DNA from: Adineta vaga
Taxonomy: Eukaryota; Animalia; Rotifera
Length of the DNA: 64,000 bases
Reading direction: 5' to 3'
NCBI GenBank assembly: GCA_021613535.1
Contig: CP075493.1
Span: forward strand, 9,052,001 to 9,116,000
The translations under genes and the position numbers were made by a program. The notes below the pieces were generated by a model that saw only the letters and a list, made by a program, of their open reading frames with translations, was not told the DNA's origin and did no database searches. This document shows, one piece after another, positions 53,365 to 64,000 of this stretch (the first letter of the stretch is position 1; each line of letters begins with the position of its first letter).

Positions 53365-55937
53365 CTACAGTTTAACATATTGTGCAGAGTTATTCGTCGA
53401 CATTGTCGACGTTGAACTTATCTGTTGTCGAATCTGATCAATTGAACATGTTTCTTTCCGAGAATTTATATTCATCGTCGATTTTCCATTGGTCGTTAAT
53501 GCTAACGGCTGTTGACTATAGTCTGGTGAATGTGTGCTGGAATTACCTATTGATAAATCTGATCCTGAACTGTCACTATTATGACTAGGTATGGTTGGAC
53601 ATACAGCTAAATGATGTGATGCTGAAAGTGTTTGATCAACATTCGTTGGTGCTTCTTGACCAACACTACTCAATGATGAACTAGAATTTGCACTTGGTGT
53701 GGACGAACCTGTTGCTGTACTATCACCATCTGTTCGTTGTGATTTATCATGAGCTTCTCGACGACCTAAGAACAAGAGAAATTTTTTGTCTTTTTCATAA
53801 TAACATCTTACATAAGAAATACTTACATCTTTCGGTAGCTTCACGTTTTTGTTTACGATATTTTGCACGACGATTTTTAAACCAAACCTTAAATATTAAA
53901 TCATCATTTACCTTTCCAATCAATGATCAAACAAAAAAAGAGGAAAGAACAATGTCATGGTTGGTTAACTTTCTTTTTTGCAATACAGGTGCAATCTATC
54001 AATATTCGTACGCTCATTGGTCATAACATCTTTCGTTCGTTGTATATTTTCTTTCATGTGTGATCATGCATAAAAATTCATCACAAGTCATATTATTAAT
54101 AGTATATCAACATCATTCCGGAAAGTCGACAACGATTCTGATATTGACATGATGAGTTCTTAGCCTATTAACGGCAATAACCGAAAGGAAGAGAAGAAAA
54201 CAACAAAAACAAATGAACATTGTTGTTATTAATATCGTTCGATAGAGTAAAAGAGCAATCGGATATGATGGAAGACAAAGAGTGGGCGGCGTTAAAAGGA
54301 AATGGAAAAAATCTCTTCACATAAGAGTAAGAACATGAAATGAGAGGAAAGTAAAGACTGGATTTGTCTTTAGATCATCCCGGCTTCGACACTTCTACGA
54401 ATATTTCTTTGTTTCTATTCTTTAGTTTGATCACTTTCAAATGCGAGAAGTTGATCTTAGTCAAGTTTATTTAACCAGCAATCAGCGGATAATTGGCAAA
54501 CGATGAACTAAATCGTTCGATTGCTTCTGTCAATAAAAACAGTTCAATATAAGACAAAAAAAGACGAGAGAGAGAGAAGAGAATGACATATGAAGCAATA
54601 TATACTAGAAAAGTCGTCATGTCAACAATAACATTAGCAATCAATCGAATACTCTTACAGCTAGAGGCTAATGTGAGAAATCGACTTTAAATACAAGAGG
54701 AACAAAAAAATGAAAGAAAAAATTCAAAATCACTCGACATTGTTAGCAAGTGCCTTCTTTTCTTCCATTAAACTAGCATTATGATAAAAGCTTCTCACGG
54801 CCTACCCCTCGTCGAACAACCTATATGAAATCAAGCCAGTAGGCAAAGTCAATTTCTTAAGTTTTATTATATTTTTCTATCTAATCGGGTAAACATTGAA
54901 AGAGGAAATATTTTGATTTCATTAGTTTGTTACTTAATCTTAATGAATGTCAATGTTGTACTATCTTTAATTCATCAAATACATTTGATTCGATCAATAA
55001 ACTTATAAAATAACAAAATGTCAAAACATCTTACTTCAACACGTTCTTCTTTTAGATCAATTTTCATTGCTAGATCTATAAAAAAAATATATATGTATGT
55101 TAAATATATCTTTATTTATTCTACACATCACTTTTACCTTCTCTCATCATAACATCAGGATAATGTGTACGACCAAATGCTTCTTCTAATTGTTCAAGTT
55201 GTTCTTCAGTAAAAATTGTTCGATGTCTTCTTTTTCTTTTATGACTTTGAGCCATAGAAGCCGCAGCAAAGAAATTTTGTAATGCTGGATAAGCTACAAA
55301 ATAATTGAATCATTTATTTATTTAAACTATTTTCGACAATGTTCTTTCTCCCGTATTAAGATTAAAAGAAGTGATTTTATATACAACAAATGATAATTGA
55401 CTTTTATCAAATAAGCAAACCTATAAGTTTTCTTCTTCTTCTTATGTTTATCCGAACAATCATCTTTGATGAACATTCTGTCATATCAAATACAATAATA
55501 ACTAACTAACAAAAACAAGTGATGAAACGGAAAGAATATCTGTTTTTCTATCTGTCAATGTAAAGGAATCACTGACCATACTAACAATTAAACACATTTA
55601 TCAACAGTGAATATAACACTTTTCGGTCTAATACTTTCACATACTTACAATAGAAATCCGCTGCACTTTGTGAATTATTGTTCATTGCTGAACCATAGTA
55701 AGATGATAATGGTATAGGTAAACGTGGACGTGGAGCAAGAATATTATCAATTGAAAATGGATTTGTATGTGATACAACAGCAGCAGCGGCCGCAGCGGCT
55801 GCAGCTGCTGCTAAAGAATGATGAGCAGTATTAGATATAATACCATTTCCAACATTGGATGTTCCAGCTAAATATGCTGACAATGCAGCGGAGGGAAATT
55901 GTTTTAGTGCATCAGCATAATGAGGAAATTGATACAT
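53365..55937 (-). CDS. gsc: Goosecoid homeobox protein (PRD class, K50)
   Basis: eh1 motif FSIDNIL. Homeodomain [48 protein letters not shown]|[16 protein letters not shown], with the PRD-class intron at 53888-55034. Confidence 0.95.
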
Positions 55938-56043
55938 TGTATATATTGTTTGTAAGTATCGTTAGTTTCTTTTGACAGTCAGTAGTCAATAATGTAGTCA
56001 CTAATCGATCGTGTTCGTCGTCCCTCTTTTGCCTCTCTCTTTT

Positions 56044-56066
56044 TCTCTCTCTCTCTCTCTCTCTCT
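56044..56066. repeat. (TC)n/(GA)n microsatellite upstream of goosecoid
   Basis: About 11 TC units located ~110 nt upstream of the gsc ATG. Confidence 0.85.
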
Positions 56067-57283
56067 TTCTTGCTTTATGTTCTATTCTACCAATCAGCGA
56101 TGATGTCTTGGCTGTTTGTCGATTTTCTTGTGCGATAATTGTTTTGCAAATATTTAATAGAAAAAAGAAGGCGACGTCATATACAGACACACATGCAGAA
56201 GCGAGGAAACGTATCTCTATGTATATGAATAGGTGACAGTAATGTTAGAAAGAAAAAGATGATTTTTTTTAGTAATCATAAATGATTTTTACGTTTCTCG
56301 TTCTCTTTCTCTTGTTTGGTAAGTGTGTGCATGCATATATCGACAAACCAATGAGCGTAAAGAGAAAATGTACATTGATTGAATACGAAAAGCGAGTAGA
56401 AAAAGAAATTGATTGATCGGGGATGATACGTTGTTGGTATGTGTAAATTAAATGAAAGATATATAATCATAGATAAACGATCATAGTATTGACGAAGAAA
56501 GTATCAATGAAAAAGATAAAACATAGATCACATCCTCTTTTAATAAATGAAATACGATGTTGTTACGTAGAGTTTTTCTTCTTCTTTCTTTATGACGAAG
56601 ATTTTTCCGTCACTGTTGCACAAGTTTTACATTTAATTTTTACGAAAAAAACAAATTAGCGATGTATACTATATACGTCATTTTGCCTTTAGGAATTGCC
56701 CGTAATAATTAATTTGTTTTTGATACAATGTAGTAAATAACAATGAAAGTAATAGATGTATTCAAACATACTTTTCTTACCACTGTATTGCAATGCTTAT
56801 TATAATTTTTTAATGAACTAGCCAAGCGCAGTAATAATGTGACCATGTATACATATACGCGTGTCGATATCGTGCATCTTCTTTTTCAATTCATTTCATT
56901 ATTTGTACTCTCCTTTCCGTATCAATGAAGGTTTGCAATATCATCAATACAACACAAATCAATAGAAGATCTAACCTTTAACAATAGAAGAGAACAAAAC
57001 AGTTTTCATTGATTGACATGATCTCATTTCTTTTTGCTTCTTCTTTGTTAGTTAACAAACTTTTCAAAGTGATTTAACTAACGGCACAAATACGGTTTGT
57101 ACACATATCGATATAACTGCTCTTGGCTGTCATAATGATTAGTCAACAAACATCGATTGAAAATGTGTTACTGTTTGCCGACTTGTATTTCTTTGTCTTT
57201 TATATACAAAGTTAACAAAACACTTGATCAAGTGGAAGAATACACGATTGTAGACATCATAGTCATCAGTCAATAATAGATAT

Positions 57284-60200
57284 TTAAAAGTTTAAATTTG
57301 ATGAAGATGAGTTATCATCATCATCATCGCTCAGACTTAATTGTAAATTAGATAGAACACTAGTTGAACGTTGTAAAGTTACCGGCGAAGATGATAATGA
57401 TTGACATGCTTGAGCTGATTTTATCAAAGCAAGATTTTCTTGTTGAATTTGTAATAACATTTGTTGCTTTTCAAATTGATTATAACGTATTTCATTTCGT
57501 TTTACTCGACGAAGTTGTTCTTGTAGACGACGACGTTCACGTTTTAATTTTTCACGTTCATTATCATCTAAAGCATAGTATGCTTTACTACAATTGAACA
57601 AACGAAATCAACTACAGATTGATCATATCAATTGAGATATGCAAATCTCACATGAATTTGTCGCTTTTACTTTGTCGAATTTTTATATATGCTCGAATGA
57701 GAGTCATTATTTCGAAAGAATTCTTCACGTTGATAAGATGTACCTTGATTATCAATATAAGTTCGAGTAATATGTAACATTTTTCTACGCTAAAAAGAAG
57801 AAGAAGGAAGATGAAGAGTTTGTTTTTATACTTTTGAATCAATTGAACAAAATCATTTTCACTTCAGTTGACATAGACAATGCTTGATTTTCTCGTAAAA
57901 GATTTTCTAATGTTTCACTCATTTCATTCAGTTCATCACTATCATTCGAAATCTCGTCATCTGTTGATTGTTCATTTGTACAATTAAACAATCTACAAAA
58001 TGATATTTGTAAAAAAACAATAACAAATAAATCATAATTACCGATTTTGTAATTCAAATTGTTTTTGACAATTTTCTTTATATTTTTCAAATTGTTGTGC
58101 TTGTAAATGTTTTGCACCACGAGCGAATTTAATCATCCCTTTTTTATTTCAAAAAATAACAAACCAATGTGAACACGAAGACATGAGTGAAAAGATTCAT
58201 ACCACCATTGATGCCTTCTTTCGCTTGTTGCGTAGATAATGTTCGAACCTGTTTGAAACGTATTGAAAGATATATTTGGATACAATCGTTCTTACTAAAT
58301 CAACAATTTCCCATCGAGTTAACGATTGAATAGTTTTTTCCGATATGTTAAATTTCAATAATAATTTTCTTGCATCTTTTAATTGTAAACGACGAAGATC
58401 GGCATCAGTACCCGTCACAGCTCGACGTAAATGTTTGAGATCATTATTAGTCTATACGATATTCATAATACTTATTCAGTAACATTCTCTTCTTACTCTT
58501 GTTTTATGAATACTTTTACTTCCGATACCAAATGCTTGCATCAAACATTTGCCTTTCAATGCGCCAAGATATGCACGTGTAGTATTCCAAGGTGCTTGTA
58601 AAATTTCATCATTAAGTTCAATAGAATAATCACATCGATCATCATCATCGTCATCGTCAAGATCGATATTATATTTATCACACAAACCAGCATCTATTAT
58701 CAAATATTGTATAGTTTCATTGTTGGACTATTGTATCGAATTAATAGACCTTTCAAACGTTGTTCAGCTGCTGCCATAGATGCGTATGCACAACAATATT
58801 CAGGTTTGATAAGATCTTGTATTTCATCTTCTGTAGGTAATCGAAAATCATTTCTCAATATCCATGAATTGCAATCATCAAAAAAAGATGATTTAAAAGA
58901 GAAAGAAAAAAATCGTAACAATCGATTTTTACACAGAAAATCATTTACCAGTTCGTCGAAAATCTGCACTTGTTTTCAATCGTTTTCGAATTGATGTTTC
59001 AGCCAAACGTGGAAATACTCGTTTAATATCTTCAATACGTATTCGACGTGGTATTTCAGTACTTTGAAGAAATAATCGATAGATATAAATTTGTAATAAA
59101 TCACGTTGAAATAGATTCACACGTTTTGATTGTGGAATAGGTACTTCTATTAATGGACATTCTTGTCCAACAATATATATGATGTCAATATTACGTATAT
59201 AAAAATCATTTTTTCTATTATATATTATAAGAAAATCTTGAGTTAAAGATATTTGTCGATAGATTGGTGCAATGAACATGTTGTTTTCTATGGTTTGAAT
59301 ATTTAAACCACGTGGAATTGACCAAAGAAACGGTGATGCATGTGTATAGATTAATTCACCATAATCCACTTCAAATGAATTCATATCTGCTTTGAAATGT
59401 TGCTAAGAAAACAAGAGGATTTCTTTTTTTCTAATGGAAGTTTTTTTTTAAACTTTACTGGTCGAAGGTATGTTCGAATTTTACTAAACATTCCTGATTC
59501 ATTTAATAAAGCTGGATATTGTTCACTATATTCAAATAGAAGGATTTCACCTAATCGACCTGTTAAATCTGATTTAACTCGAATGGATTGATTAGACACG
59601 TTTTTATCTGCTAATTGAATCGATGTCCATGATTGTCGATGATTGATGAATTGAAGTATTGGACGATGAAAATAACGTAATTCATTCGCTGTACGAAATA
59701 TTGGATAGAAGACAAAATCGAAATTCTGAGTAGAGAAAACTTATTCGAAATAGTCTCAGTTAATTGTTACTTACTTGTGTAGAATTTATTCGTCGTTTTG
59801 AGAAAAAACTTTGTTCGGAATTACAATCATAATAGAAATCATTACTTAGATTCCAAAACGAAATTGGTTTTGGTTTGATTGTTTCTTTATATTTGTCATA
59901 ATGATGATAAAAATCATCATGATTATCTGGTAAAACGCCACTTAAACCAACGCGAGCGAGAACATTTCGTGTACGATGTAAACGACTTTCCTAGATTGAT
60001 ATTAAAGATTGAATCACTTTAGAAGATTTGTACAAACTTTATTATGTTTGAACGAGTTGAATTTCTTTTGAGTTGTAACTTTCTCTTTCCGAGTCGAATT
60101 TGCAGCAAGTTCATTTGATAATTCACTAACGGTAAAATCTTGTTGAAGATTTACATATTTTAGTTTATACTAAATAATAAATATTTGTTATTCGAATTTA

Positions 60201-61041
60201 TAAGATTCTACTGACGTTCAAATCAAATTGAAAGTTTTCATTATCTGACAAATTTTTCAAGATAACAGCATCATTTAATGGAAAAATTGAATACCAATTA
60301 ATAACTCGATTTCGATCATCTAAAGATCTAAGACGATGAGACATTTGCTTTTAAAAACTGATCTCTACCATATCGAATATTTTCCATGTAATCAACATTT
60401 CGTCCTTTGAAGATACAAGAAAAATTTCGCTTTTTCTTGTACATAGTTATGAGTTTCTATGTACCTAATACTTCTTTTTGATATGTAGCCATTGTTCGAC
60501 ATTCACGTGTTGGTATCCAACCCATCTCTTCGGATTTCGATGGATTAATTGCATTGGAATGACGAACGATTGAATTCTCCCATGCATGATATTCGATCGG
60601 TAAGATATGATTCTAAATACATATTAAAACTTCCGATTCTATGAGAAAAGACTTTCATCAACTAACAAATATGTCGAAGATATATTTTTCTTCATTTGGA
60701 CAATATGTTAAAGGTTTGGTAGAATAGTCTTCCGTTGTGGCTGCCGGAACGATGGGTAGTTGTTCACGAAATAAGTCCTTTTGTCGAAAAAAAACCGAAT
60801 GATAAAGAATAGTGTTCGATATTTTTTTTGCATACCAAATCATTTTTTATAAAGATAACTGCTGGATGGAAGTTTGATGAAAGCTAAAATATATAGAGTT
60901 TATCAATGAAAGAATAGTTGTCAGTTAATTAGAAGCTTTCATTCTGAATATTTTACAAGTCTCTAATATGATTACCTTGGTCTTCTTCTCCAACGTGAAA
61001 TCATTCTCATTTAATTCTGAACGTTTCATTATTCTTTTCAT
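57284..61041 (-). CDS. TAF1: TFIID subunit TAF1-like protein, central (DUF3591-type) region only; no bromodomains
   Basis: [39 protein letters not shown]...[100 protein letters not shown]. The start codon is approximate. Confidence 0.88.
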
Positions 61042-61310
61042 AGGGAACTGATTAACGATTTTCGAAGATCTTTCTGTCTAGTTTCTATGGTGATCATGAA
61101 TTCGGTTTTCTAGCAATAGCAAACAATTGAAAGCAATAAAATTCTAATGATAAATAAATAAAATACTTCATATTTCTATGAACTAACAAATTCAAATGAA
61201 TAATGAATTGATGTCGCTAGAATCGTTTGAAAAGTCCAGTTCATTCAGTCTATATAATATCTGTCCGTTCGTTATATAATCTTTCTTTTCTTTTGTCTAT
61301 AACAAACATC

Positions 61311-64000
<2,690 letters not shown>

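Noticed and set aside
55912-56470. ORFs upstream of goosecoid (RERERE)
   Set aside because: Translation of the (GA)n microsatellite in promoter/UTR sequence.

Overview
Strongly AT-rich, gene-dense animal genomic DNA with many short (~50-65 nt) GT-AG introns. The mix of core metazoan genes, bacterial-type genes and a triple-repeat Cys-rich membrane protein points to a bdelloid rotifer (inference). About 24 loci can be read by hand. Conserved genes: Rab6, a peptide GPCR, eIF3f, DCAF4-like, CDIPT, DcpS, goosecoid, a truncated TAF1, and a HELLS-like SNF2 ATPase running off the window end. There is also a head-to-head pair of GH18 chitinase-family genes and several orphans. An accessory stretch at ~7.5-17.4 kb holds a Cys-rich peptide, an ADP-ribosylglycohydrolase, a putative papain-fold secreted protein, a bacterial-architecture PHB depolymerase and an FG-GAP gene with a premature stop. 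Two items stand out. (1) A complete extracellular-type poly(3-hydroxybutyrate) depolymerase (catalytic domain + 2 Fn3 + PHB-binding domain) that carries a spliceosomal intron. (2) A large protein made of three tandem TM/Cys-rich loop/TM units plus a tethered FG-GAP propeller, which looks like a single-chain pseudo-trimer with DEG/ENaC- or P2X-like topology. No rRNA, tRNA, CRISPR array or intact transposon was recognised. Exon boundaries were placed by eye and no database searches were run.
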